Positions 7,941 through 17,460 of a stretch of DNA of 64,000 nucleotides are shown piece after piece; positions within the stretch are counted from its first letter, which is position 1; each line of letters opens with the position of its first letter. The stretch is from Candidatus Dojkabacteria bacterium (GTDB taxonomy: Bacteria > Patescibacteriota > Dojkabacteria > JAOAGR01): NCBI GenBank assembly GCA_026415655.1, contig JAOAGR010000002.1, positions 64,094 to 128,093 of the forward strand, in the 5' to 3' direction. Made by a program: the position numbers and the translations under genes. The notes under the pieces are model-generated. The model did no database searches and was not told the origin of the DNA. It saw only the letters and a program-made list of their open reading frames with translations.

Positions 7941-9205
7941 TATTGTTTGTAGTTTTTAATGATTATACTAATTTCACTATTTAGTCTGCGACTCTCAAAA
8001 AGTTTTTCAAGTTCGTCCTGATTGCTGATGTATTCTCTGACCACTTTGTTACCGAATAGGTATATATTTATTTTGTTATTGATGAATCCTGGTTGTGCTA
8101 GAGCAAATCCTCTGTATATTCGGTGTAAAAGTTGGTTTGTAGAATTTTTAGTCTTATTTAGAATTCTAGCTTTATTTAAAAATTGTTTTATGTTTTCTAA
8201 ATATTCATAAACAAAATATACAGGATAATTTTCAGCCAAGATTAGGGCGATTATACGTAAATAATATTTAATATTTATTAAATATTCAGATATATATTGT
8301 TCTAAAACTTTATCTTCAACATATGTTGCTATACCTTCTTCAACTAAAAATTCTTCATAAGAAGTGATAAGTCCGTTTATCCTAAAATAAGAATTATTAA
8401 TTTTTGTTCGTGTTGATTTATAGGCTCTATATATATGACCTTGTACTTCATGCTCAATTGTTTTTTGTAGATTAAAGTCATTAGAATGATATATCTTTGG
8501 TATCCTTATAGATCTACGGAGTGAATTGACTGATAAATTATGTTTTTCTGTAAAAATAAACTTATATCTTTTTCTAGGTATACCTAGATCGCGCATCTTT
8601 TGTTTTATCAATTGTTTGATATGTTGACCTGAAAACTCCCGTGATGTCAAAAAGCTTTTCTGGGCAAGCAAAATACATTCAGGATTTATTAATACTTTTA
8701 TATTTCCAATTTCATCTGTTTTATACAAATCGTATGATAGGTATTTTTTATCAATATCTATTTTTGTAAATTCATGGATAATCTTTAGTATTTGTATCCA
8801 CTCACTAACAAATATGTTTTTGAGTTTTTGTGGAAGTCTTGGGTATAAAGATTCATGGAGTTCTTTGTTTTTGATTATGTAATCATCAAAGGTTATATAC
8901 TTGGTTAAATACTCGATATTTAGAATGTTGATCCCTATATTTGTAATTATTCTCTGTATCAGATCATGATATAGATTGTAGGGGAATGTTTTGGGTATCT
9001 TCTCTTTAAGTTGAAAAAGTTTTTCTTCCTTATTCTTCAGATACCTCAAATAGTATTTAGGATTATGTACAATGATACGTGATTGATATCTGTCCGGTTG
9101 ACTGAAGTTATAGTTAGTATCAGTAATAATATGTCCCTTTTTCGTCTTTGAATATTTTTTAAGCTTTGAATATATCTCTTGATCCTCAAATACGATTTTA
9201 CCCAT
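7940..9205 (-). CDS. Hypothetical protein with a zincin-like 'HEVQGH...EEGIATY' signature (possibly the DUF1704 / QEGLA-motif family)
   Basis: 421 aa. 'TIEHEVQGHIYRAYK' is followed about 30 aa later by 'LVEEGIATYVE'. This resembles the QEGLA-motif proteins that I recall neighbouring RimK-like ligases, but the assignment is from memory only. Confidence 0.4.
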   Translation of the reverse strand: MGKIVFEDQEIYSKLKKYSKTKKGHIITDTNYNFSQPDRYQSRIIVHNPKYYLRYLKNKEEKLFQLKEKIPKTFPYNLYHDLIQRIITNIGINILNIEYLTKYITFDDYIIKNKELHESLYPRLPQKLKNIFVSEWIQILKIIHEFTKIDIDKKYLSYDLYKTDEIGNIKVLINPECILLAQKSFLTSREFSGQHIKQLIKQKMRDLGIPRKRYKFIFTEKHNLSVNSLRRSIRIPKIYHSNDFNLQKTIEHEVQGHIYRAYKSTRTKINNSYFRINGLITSYEEFLVEEGIATYVEDKVLEQYISEYLINIKYYLRIIALILAENYPVYFVYEYLENIKQFLNKARILNKTKNSTNQLLHRIYRGFALAQPGFINNKINIYLFGNKVVREYISNQDELEKLFESRRLNSEISIIIKNYKQ

Positions 9206-9210
9206 TATAT

Positions 9211-10143
9211 TTATTCAATTGATATAAGATATTTTTCTACCTCCAATGCGGCTTTACAACCACTTCCAGCCGCAGTAATAGCTTGTCTATATCTGTGATC
9301 AACTACGTCACCAGCAGCAAATATACCAGGTTTATTAGTAAAAACTTCGTTTTGTGTGACTATGTAGCCTTGTTCATCAGTTTCTAATAAATCTCTGACG
9401 AATTCTGTATTGGGTATATGACCTATTGCTAGAAAAACGCCATCAACTGCTAGTTCTGTTTGGGTATTATCAACTGTTGATTCTAGCACCACCGATCTTA
9501 AAACCTGATCCCCTCTGAACTCTTTTATTGTATTATTCCAGATAATTTCTATCTTGGGATTTTTGAATACCCTATCCTGCATTATTTTGCTTGCTCTAAA
9601 GGCATCACGACGGTGAATGATATAGACTTTTTGAGCCAGTTTTGACAAAAATAGTGCTTCTTCCATGGCTGAGTCACCACCACCAACAACTGCCACCGTT
9701 TTATTTCTATAAAATGCGCCATCACATGTAGCACAGGTAGATACCCCTCGTCCCTTATATTTTTCTTCTGATGGAATCTCTAGCCATCTTGCAGATGCTC
9801 CTGTAGCTATTATCGTTGTCTTTGCAAAAAAAGTTTGGTTTGTATCGGTGATTATTTTTTGTGTCTTAGTAGTTTCGTCATATTCTATTTTAATTACATT
9901 TTCCTCAATGATTTGGCATCCAAATCTTTCTGCCTGTTTTCTCATGTTATCCATTAATTGAGGGCCTAAGATACCTTCAGGAAATCCAGGGAAGTTTTCT
10001 ACTTCGCTTGTAAGCATTAGTTGGCCTCCGCTAATTCTGCCAGATATTAAAATTGGCTCTAGATTTGCTCTAGCTGTATATAGAGCTGCTGTATATCCTG
10101 CGGGACCAGAACCAATAATTATGACGTTTCTAATTCTATTCAT
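9211..10143 (-). CDS. trxB: Thioredoxin-disulfide reductase
   Basis: 'VIIIGSGPAGYTAALYTARA' (FAD-binding), redox-active 'CATCDGAFY' and 'VAVVGGGDSAMEEALFLS' (NADPH site). Confidence 0.9.
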   Translation of the reverse strand: MNRIRNVIIIGSGPAGYTAALYTARANLEPILISGRISGGQLMLTSEVENFPGFPEGILGPQLMDNMRKQAERFGCQIIEENVIKIEYDETTKTQKIITDTNQTFFAKTTIIATGASARWLEIPSEEKYKGRGVSTCATCDGAFYRNKTVAVVGGGDSAMEEALFLSKLAQKVYIIHRRDAFRASKIMQDRVFKNPKIEIIWNNTIKEFRGDQVLRSVVLESTVDNTQTELAVDGVFLAIGHIPNTEFVRDLLETDEQGYIVTQNEVFTNKPGIFAAGDVVDHRYRQAITAAGSGCKAALEVEKYLISIE

Positions 10144-10150
10144 CTTATAA

Positions 10151-10681
10151 TTATATAATAATTTCTTTTAATGCGTTTATTATGTCGCTGAATGTTCTTG
10201 TAAATATTTCTCTGTTATACTTACTTAAGACATAGTCTTTACCTGATATAAATTGTTTTTCTATGTTACTACGTCCATCTATACCTATTCGAATAAAGTT
10301 AAATTGATCAGTTTTGCACTTGGCTATGATGTCTTTTATGCCATTATGACTTTTTGGATACTTACCTTTTTGTATTTTAAATTTGCATTCCTCGATATCT
10401 AAATCGTCAAATACTATAAATATATCTTGGACATCAGGTTTATAAAACTGTTTGATTTCACTGACAGCATTTCCTGATAAATTCATATAAGTCTGGGGTT
10501 TTATCAAATATATTTTTTCACCTTTTGTATTAGTATAACTTATGGTTATCGAATTGAAATCATTTTTTATCTGTTTTTCTGATATTTTTGATGCTAGATA
10601 ATCTATAAAATCAAACCCTATATTGTGTCTTGTACCAGTGTATATAGATCCAGGGTTTCCGAGACCAAAGAAAAATTTCAT
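10151..10681 (-). CDS. pth: Peptidyl-tRNA hydrolase
   Basis: 'MKFFFGLGNPGSIYTGTRHNIGFDFIDYLA' is the classic Pth N-terminus. 176 aa. Confidence 0.9.
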   Translation of the reverse strand: MKFFFGLGNPGSIYTGTRHNIGFDFIDYLASKISEKQIKNDFNSITISYTNTKGEKIYLIKPQTYMNLSGNAVSEIKQFYKPDVQDIFIVFDDLDIEECKFKIQKGKYPKSHNGIKDIIAKCKTDQFNFIRIGIDGRSNIEKQFISGKDYVLSKYNREIFTRTFSDIINALKEIII

Positions 10682-10847
10682 ATCAAAGTATATAAAAATG
10701 GATAAATTATAAACAAGATTGTATAATAAATCATGTTAGATTGGCTAAACAAAATATCAGATAATGAGTTAATATCATATGGAATTTTAGTTATATATTC
10801 TGTTTTTTTTGTTTTTCTTTGTCTTTCTACTCTATTTTGAATTCTAT

Positions 10848-10924
10848 GCATCCGTAGCTCAGTTGGATAGAGCACAACTTTGCGGAAGTTGGGGTCAGAG
10901 GTTCGAGTCCTCTCGGATGCGCCA
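10848..10924 (+). tRNA. tRNA-Arg, anticodon read as GCG (unusual for bacteria), CCA encoded
   Basis: GCATCCGTAGCTCAGTTGGATAGAGCACAACTTTGCGGAAGTTGGGGTCAGAGGTTCGAGTCCTCTCGGATGCGCCA. Acceptor stem GCATCCG/CGGATGC, anticodon stem CAACT/AGTTG, loop TTGCGGA giving G34 C35 G36. Confidence 0.8.
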
Positions 10925-11531
10925 AGTAAATTTATAAATAGATTAGTTTTGTACTAGATTATTTTTCAAAGTCTTGAATAGATATATACATTTAAGTCAG
11001 GTAATTTACCGTATAAAGCTATTATAGAGATGATGTACTTTTGGGAAAGAAAATATTTATGTATATAGGTGATATGTTTTCATATTAATGCATGATGTTT
11101 TTCTCAATATATTTCGAAAATTACTTAGACAACCAATAAATGTTGATAATATTAGGATTATCCAATTATTACTAAATGAGTATGTTAATACCAAAGTAAA
11201 AGGATAGGATCCAAACATGGCACTGTCGATGGGATTGCAGTTGATTTAGTTAGAGATTTTTGAAAAAGTGTTTATTGGAATTGGTTCAGATAATAACATC
11301 GGTTCGAAAAGGCTCGATAATCTATGATTAGAAACAGTAAAAGCTTATAAAAATGGATTATTACAAATAATCGCATTTTAGATAACAATTATATTGTACA
11401 GTTTTGATAAAAATGTTCTTATAAAATTGTATGTGTAACTGTATTGAAAAGCTTACTAAATGATTTACAGTAGATGAAAAGTGTGAGTTTATTTGAATTT
11501 ATTTTTTTTGGATATAATTTTAAAAATATGA

Positions 11532-12851
11532 TTGATCGTGGAAAAGACAGAATCAAAAGTAGGTAACTCACACCGAGGAAATGACGGAAGAGGAGGAATA
11601 TATAGTGTGGTTACTCCATTAAAACGTGTAGCACAGAGAATAACAAATTTTGTTTTATGTGCTCTTATTGGCTTATCCCCTATACATACTCCTGATGGAC
11701 TTCATGAACAGCCGGAAACGTCTGAACAGTATCTGTGTATACGAAATCCCTATTATAGTTATTTTGCGTATAATAGATTGGATCCCAGTCGACGATTTGG
11801 TGATACGGGGGAAATAGCGCAGTTTTCTCCACGTGATCAATATTTTAAAGCTGTTGCCGTAGTATGTGGTGTTATATTTTATGCAGTCATGCCAGACAAT
11901 CATAGTCTTGAAGAGTTAGAGGAAATGACATTGAGCTTCATGGAATCATTACCTTCTTCATTACGTAAAATAGCTTCAAGGGGAGAAAATATTTTTACAG
12001 ATTATGCCTCTACTAGGAGGTATGTTGGATTTCATAACGGTGGAGAAAATTACATTTATGTTTACGGAAAAGACTTTGTGGATAAAGCATCTGTGTTTGC
12101 AATTTTTGCTCACGAATTAGCTCATAGACTTCAAGAAACTAATGCAAGTACTCTTCAAGATTATAACAATCGAATGATAACTTATATGCAGGGATTAAAT
12201 TTAAATGGTGAGGAATATAGGGTCAGAGCTGGTCCTTATGTCCCGATTATTGATGCTGAATCGTACTATAAAGATTATTCCTTTCCAGAACAAACCGTCA
12301 ACCTCGAATTTGGCCCATATCTTATCCAAAATATGGCATACGCGATGTACCAGATTTTACAAACGAAGGAAGAAGGTATAAGTCAAGATGAGATCAAACG
12401 CGAAATAAGTAACGCTATGAGGAAGATTGCTGTCGATATCGTTTTTGGTGAATCGGGGGATTACAATAGAAAATTATCATCGTTACTTGCTATAATTGAG
12501 GCAGAAGAGTGGTTCAAAAATGAGGAAGAACCGGGGTGGAGACATGCATTTAATGCCTTGCGAAGAGGGATAATAGGAAACATTGTTATAGCATATCTGA
12601 ACGACGAGAAGAGTTGGAAACCGTACATTGAAGGTTTACGTAATACATTTCCGGACGTGTATGAAGGGCTAAAATCTGTGATTAGTCGTGCTGAAAATAG
12701 TGAGCAAAGGAGACCGCTGTTCAAACATGGACCTGATGCTCATGTCAGAAGAGATTATTATATGCCTCAGGCAGCTATGCAACGCCGAAATACCCGAATT
12801 ACGGAACTTCAGGGCGATAGAGGGTCACACAAATATACGAGTAGAGGGTAA
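11532..12851 (+). CDS. Putative zinc metalloprotease (HExxH) of unknown family, inside a compositionally atypical (GC-richer) islet
   Basis: 439 aa. 'FAIFAHELAHRLQE' contains HELAH. Local GC of about 40-45% contrasts with about 30% in the flanks. I recognise no other domain. Confidence 0.5.
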   Translation: MIVEKTESKVGNSHRGNDGRGGIYSVVTPLKRVAQRITNFVLCALIGLSPIHTPDGLHEQPETSEQYLCIRNPYYSYFAYNRLDPSRRFGDTGEIAQFSPRDQYFKAVAVVCGVIFYAVMPDNHSLEELEEMTLSFMESLPSSLRKIASRGENIFTDYASTRRYVGFHNGGENYIYVYGKDFVDKASVFAIFAHELAHRLQETNASTLQDYNNRMITYMQGLNLNGEEYRVRAGPYVPIIDAESYYKDYSFPEQTVNLEFGPYLIQNMAYAMYQILQTKEEGISQDEIKREISNAMRKIAVDIVFGESGDYNRKLSSLLAIIEAEEWFKNEEEPGWRHAFNALRRGIIGNIVIAYLNDEKSWKPYIEGLRNTFPDVYEGLKSVISRAENSEQRRPLFKHGPDAHVRRDYYMPQAAMQRRNTRITELQGDRGSHKYTSRG

Positions 12852-13841
12852 ATTTTAATAAGGTATTAGTCACATTAATTTCAGATAATCTGAATAGTTG
12901 TTGATTACTAATTTGAAGATACAAATATCACAAGACTATAGAGATATACTAGAGCCTTGAACATAGAAGAGTCAAAAGGGAGGGTATCAAAATACAACAA
13001 GAAAGTACGAGTATTACGGCATGAGGGTGCAGCATCAATACTGCAGATACGAAAGATACAGATGGTGTAGGTTGTAGCTGATAATTATAAGGATCAGCTG
13101 GTGATCGGATGATAGCTAATAAAAGATAGACGTTATAAGGAGCAATTTAATCAACGATACAGATATATAGACATCGTTATTAATATGTGATATAATTACT
13201 ATACCATGACAGGAGCAAATACAGCATTCGGATTAAATTTGGAACTCGATAGTAGCCGTGCTGATACAGATGATAAGTATATAAGGCTACCAGATCTTTT
13301 GTATATTTTATTTGCAAGCTGTGTCGCTTCGGGTAATGGAGGTCCAACACTTTCTGATAACCCTTTCTATAGGGTGAATTCATGTGTTGAGGATGCCTTC
13401 AGAAATGGTGATTTTTGCCGTCGTTATCCTGATATAATGAGACCGGAAAGCATGCCCGTTGGGGCATTACTGGATGCCCTATCGGGTTTGGTATCAAGGC
13501 TCCGTCTCTCCTCACATCTCTTGATGCAAGGTGACATACAGGGAGTAGATAGTACTCCTTCAAGACAGAGGAGATCGAGCCGCACATGAGATGTTAGAAA
13601 TAACAGAAATGGTAGAACCTCTTTTATTTAAGTAAGAATTTGGTTCTAGTGCACACATACCACATGACCATGTGCATCAAACGGAGACAAAATACTCAAG
13701 TGATTAAGTATAGGTGCATCAACTAGCTAGGAATAAGCATATAAGCGTAAAGAGTGAATGTCTATCAATGTACTCAACATATTCTTCTCAAATCTTTATT
13801 TCTATTGTATACTCACGCAAGTAATATAATAAATACTCATT

Positions 13842-14186
13842 ATGAATACATTAGTGATATCAAAAGTAGAAGAGCCAAGATATAGACATAAGGATGTAGA
13901 CTTTAGAGTAGGAGATACTTTGAGACTAGGATTGAAAGTTAAAGATTCAAAGGAGGGAGAAAGAATACAGTACTTTCAGGGCATTTTGATTAGAGTATCT
14001 GGTTCAGGGCTTAGACAGACTCTTACAGTACGTAAAATCGGTGCCAATAGTATAGGTGTGGAAAAAATTATTCCACTACATTCACCAGTGCTTGATAGTA
14101 TAGAGGTTGTCAAGAGGTCCAAGGTTCGACGAGCTAGATTATATTATATGCGTGATAGAGTAGGTAAAAGTGCCTTAAACGTCTAA
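13842..14186 (+). CDS. rplS: 50S ribosomal protein L19
   Basis: 114 aa. 'FRVGDTLRLGLKVKDSKEGERIQYFQGILI...RKIGANSIGVEKIIPLHSP...RRARLYYMRDRVGK' is a typical L19. Confidence 0.9.
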   Translation: MNTLVISKVEEPRYRHKDVDFRVGDTLRLGLKVKDSKEGERIQYFQGILIRVSGSGLRQTLTVRKIGANSIGVEKIIPLHSPVLDSIEVVKRSKVRRARLYYMRDRVGKSALNV

Positions 14187-14223
14187 GCACTGTTTATTCA
14201 CTGACAATTTTGTATAATTTTTT

Positions 14224-15510
14224 ATGTTTTTTTTGTATGTTATTCGATCTGTTGTTTTCATATTACGTAAATTCAAAATAACCTCTTCAACAGCTTTTCC
14301 TGGTCTTTTAGTGGAAAAATATTTTCCTCATTTGGTGCCTGTTTTATTAAACAAGTTGAAAGATGTGATCGTTATCACAGGTACAAATGGAAAGACAACA
14401 GTTGCTAGTGCTATACATTATATTCTTGAAAATAGTGGGAAAAAATGTTTCATCAATGCTAGTGGCTCAAACATGCTGAGGGGTATTCTTTCTCATATCA
14501 TAATTAATCTTGATAATAAGCTAAATCTTGAGCATGATTATTCTATTTTAGAGCTTGAAGAGGCTACTTTTCCTAAATTAGTGAAATATATAAAACCTAA
14601 ATTAGTGATTGTTACAAATATTTTTCGTGATCAGCTAGATGCATATGGAGAGATAGATAAGACTTTTGCTTATATCAAGGACGGAATTGAAAATTCTAAT
14701 AATCCCACTGTTATATTAAACGCTTCTGATCAGAGACTTGTTCATCTGTACAAGTGTTCGAATCGAGTCATTTCCGTATCTGTGTCAGAAGAGGTTAAGA
14801 AATATTTATTTTTAGAGAGGTATTATGAAAAACCTCAAGAGTTAGATATTCATCCTGATGTTTTTATCCATAATATTGAACAAAAAGATATTGATCATAC
14901 ATTGATCACATTTGAATATAAAAATGAAAAATATGATCTAGAGACTAGCATTCTGGGTTTACATAACGCAATAAATCTGATTTTTGCCTGGTTGGCAGTT
15001 GTACATCTATTAGGTTTTAATGATACCGACAATAAAAGATTTTTAGATATCTTGGGGGATTTCAAGCCTGCTTTTGGTCGTGGTGAGAAAATAAATATTT
15101 CTAATACTGAATTTATCCTAATGCTTGTAAAAAATCCTGCTGGCATGAATATGAATCTCTATTCCTTATCTGATATTATTTCCGCAAATGATGCAATTTT
15201 GTTTATTTTAAATGATAATATAGCTGATGGACGTGACGTATCTTGGATATGGGATTGTGATTTTAATATTGTCAATCGTTTTCAGAACAATGTAATTTTG
15301 GTATCAGGGATTAGAAAAGATGATATAGCACTTAGGATTAGCTATGAAGTAAAAGACAAAGAAATAAAAGTCTTTGATGATTATGAAAAAATATTTGATC
15401 ATATTATGCAAAAAGAATATAAAAGAGTCTTTGTATTGCCAACATATACTGCAATGCTCAGTGTTAGAAAATTTTTATATAGTAAATTAGGTATAAAACA
15501 AAATTTATAA
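14224..15510 (+). CDS. murT: Lipid II isoglutaminyl synthase, Mur-ligase-like subunit
   Basis: 'IVITGTNGKTTVASAIHYIL' is the Mur ligase P-loop. The 428-aa length and the position immediately upstream of a GatD homolog are as in Gram-positive murT-gatD. Confidence 0.8.
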   Translation: MFFLYVIRSVVFILRKFKITSSTAFPGLLVEKYFPHLVPVLLNKLKDVIVITGTNGKTTVASAIHYILENSGKKCFINASGSNMLRGILSHIIINLDNKLNLEHDYSILELEEATFPKLVKYIKPKLVIVTNIFRDQLDAYGEIDKTFAYIKDGIENSNNPTVILNASDQRLVHLYKCSNRVISVSVSEEVKKYLFLERYYEKPQELDIHPDVFIHNIEQKDIDHTLITFEYKNEKYDLETSILGLHNAINLIFAWLAVVHLLGFNDTDNKRFLDILGDFKPAFGRGEKINISNTEFILMLVKNPAGMNMNLYSLSDIISANDAILFILNDNIADGRDVSWIWDCDFNIVNRFQNNVILVSGIRKDDIALRISYEVKDKEIKVFDDYEKIFDHIMQKEYKRVFVLPTYTAMLSVRKFLYSKLGIKQNL

Positions 15511-15514
15511 CACT

Positions 15515-16291
15515 ATGAAAAAGATAAGGATTAATCATCTGTATTCTCAGTCAATGAACATTTATGGTGATATAGGTAATATTAAAGCTCTCTTACACAT
15601 CCTGGATTTACATAACATCCCTTTTGAGATATTTTCAACGGAAATTGGAGATAATAAAGTAAAAGAGGCAGATATATATTTTTTAGGTGGGGGACAAGAC
15701 AAAGACCAATATAGTGTATTTAAAGATCTATTAAGACATAAATCTTTTATATCTGATGAGGTCAAAAAAGATAAGGTGTTTTTACTTATTTGTGGTGGTT
15801 ATCAACTCTTTGGAAAATTTTTTTTAGATGCTGAGGGAAATTTTATTGAAGGGTTGGGTATTTTAGATATCGAGACAAAAGCACCAGATAATAAAGTGAC
15901 ATCAAGATGCATTGGTAATATAGTAGTAAAATTAAATCCTGATTTTATTCAGAGATTTGATATAGATACTTCATTTTCAGATTATATAGTAGGTTTTGAA
16001 AATCATGGCGGACAAACATTTTTCAAAAATGATTCGTTGATTTTTTTAGGTGATGTTATACAAGGATTTGGTAATAACAGTTTTGAAAAAAAAGAAGGAT
16101 GCAATTATAAAGGAATAATAGGTACTTATATGCATGGGTCATTCTTGCCAAAAAATCCTCATATAACCTATGGAATCATCAACCGTGCATTACATAATCA
16201 AAATATCAATGCCATAAAAATGGATAAAACAAAACTAATTTACGAATCAAAAGCTCATAAATACATCCTTAATAAATACCAGATTGTTTAG
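15515..16291 (+). CDS. gatD: Lipid II isoglutaminyl synthase, glutamine amidotransferase subunit
   Basis: 'NIYGDIGNIKAL', 'IYFLGGGQDKDQ', 'LLICGGYQLFGK' (catalytic Cys), 'GLGILD', 'GFENHGGQTF' and 'LPKNPHIT' match S. aureus GatD closely as I remember it. Confidence 0.85.
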   Translation: MKKIRINHLYSQSMNIYGDIGNIKALLHILDLHNIPFEIFSTEIGDNKVKEADIYFLGGGQDKDQYSVFKDLLRHKSFISDEVKKDKVFLLICGGYQLFGKFFLDAEGNFIEGLGILDIETKAPDNKVTSRCIGNIVVKLNPDFIQRFDIDTSFSDYIVGFENHGGQTFFKNDSLIFLGDVIQGFGNNSFEKKEGCNYKGIIGTYMHGSFLPKNPHITYGIINRALHNQNINAIKMDKTKLIYESKAHKYILNKYQIV

Positions 16292-16300
16292 GTTATTATT

Positions 16301-16885
16301 TTATTCTACAAGATGTGAATATTCTTTTTCGTATCTTTCAGCACATTCAGCTAATATTTTTCTTGCTTCTTCTACACCGACAAATCCTTTGCTTACACAA
16401 GTACCTGGCTTTTTTAAATCTTTATAATGTTCCCAATAATATTCAGATTCTTTAATGAAATGTTCACCTAAATCTTCGATACTTTGGATATGATCTACTC
16501 TTTTATCATCATTTAAAACAGCAATTATTTTGTCGTCCACTTCTCCTCCATCTTCAAATCTCATTGCACCGATTATTCTTGCCTCCACTAGTGCTCCCGG
16601 TACGATTGGTTCGGTAACCTCAACAATCATGATATCAAGTGGATCACCATCTAGATCTAATGTTCTTGGTATAGCTCCATAAGTAAATGGATACGCAAGT
16701 GAAGAATATCCAACTCTATCAAGTTTTAGCTGGCCAGATTCTGTGATAATTTCGTATTTGTTTATAGTGCCTTGTTGTATTTCTACTATAGCGTTTACTA
16801 CTCCTGATTCTTCATCAGCATATGGTGATAATACGTGTAAAAGATTTAACTGATATTTTGAAGGTTTGTGGTTTATGTTCGCCAT
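16301..16885 (-). CDS. ppa: Inorganic pyrophosphatase (family I)
   Basis: 'DGDPLDIMIVEV...GALVEARIIGAMRFEDGGEVDDKIIAV' are the PPase signature aspartate clusters. 194 aa. Confidence 0.9.
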   Translation of the reverse strand: MANINHKPSKYQLNLLHVLSPYADEESGVVNAIVEIQQGTINKYEIITESGQLKLDRVGYSSLAYPFTYGAIPRTLDLDGDPLDIMIVEVTEPIVPGALVEARIIGAMRFEDGGEVDDKIIAVLNDDKRVDHIQSIEDLGEHFIKESEYYWEHYKDLKKPGTCVSKGFVGVEEARKILAECAERYEKEYSHLVE

Positions 16886-16950
16886 AATCGTTGAAATTAT
16901 ATAAATCTATAAAAATAAAGTAAATATTTGATATTACATTATTATGAGTT

Positions 16951-17451
16951 TTATCTATATATTCTAAAGATATCTTGCGAATTTATATTTAAAATGGCTT
17001 TATTTGTTTCCAAAAACGATATTTCAATGTTCTTTTTAACGATTTGTTTTGTAGTTTCTTCAAATGATTTTTTATAGTTGTCTTTAAAATCTTCTATTTC
17101 TTTAGGACATGTATTATTTTTACACCTAGGTGATTGTATCGATATCAATTCATAGTTATCAACAATTCCATATACTCTTAATCTATCCTTAAACGTAATA
17201 GAGAAAGAAATTCTTTCGTGTATTTTGACGTTATCTTTGAGATTTATAAATTTGTCGATAGTAGATTTATTAATAATAATCTCTATAGATTCGATACCTG
17301 CATTTTTAGTTTCTTCATTAAGTTCAATCTGCCATTTACCAATGTAAAAATTTGTATCTAAATACAGAAATAATGTAATAATGACTAATACAAAGGATAT
17401 TATAGATCCAAATATTATTTGTATTTTGTATTTTAATATTTTATCAAGCAT
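16951..17451 (-). CDS. Hypothetical membrane-anchored protein
   Basis: 166 aa with a single N-terminal TM segment (IIFGSIISFVLVIITLFLYL). No recognisable motif. Confidence 0.45.
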   Translation of the reverse strand: MLDKILKYKIQIIFGSIISFVLVIITLFLYLDTNFYIGKWQIELNEETKNAGIESIEIIINKSTIDKFINLKDNVKIHERISFSITFKDRLRVYGIVDNYELISIQSPRCKNNTCPKEIEDFKDNYKKSFEETTKQIVKKNIEISFLETNKAILNINSQDIFRIYR

Positions 17452-17460
17452 AATTTCCTT

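Noticed and set aside
10678-10875. 65-aa minus-strand ORF overlapping the 5' half of tRNA-Arg(GCG)
   Set aside because: It overlaps a well-folded tRNA gene and has an AT-rich low-complexity translation. Most likely a chance ORF.
11295-11316. 'GGTTCGAAAAGGCTCG' resembling the T-arm of tRNA-Arg(GCG) (GGTTCGAGTCCTCTCG)
   Set aside because: Only 11 of 16 positions match and the similarity does not extend further. Too weak to call an att repeat.
13180-13589. Overlapping ORFs 13206..13589 (+), 13399..13587 (-) and 13180..13383 (-) in the GC-rich stretch
   Set aside because: The ORFs overlap one another, have skewed Arg/Ser composition and no start context. I treat them as by-products of high local GC rather than genes. 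The region is reported as a finding instead.
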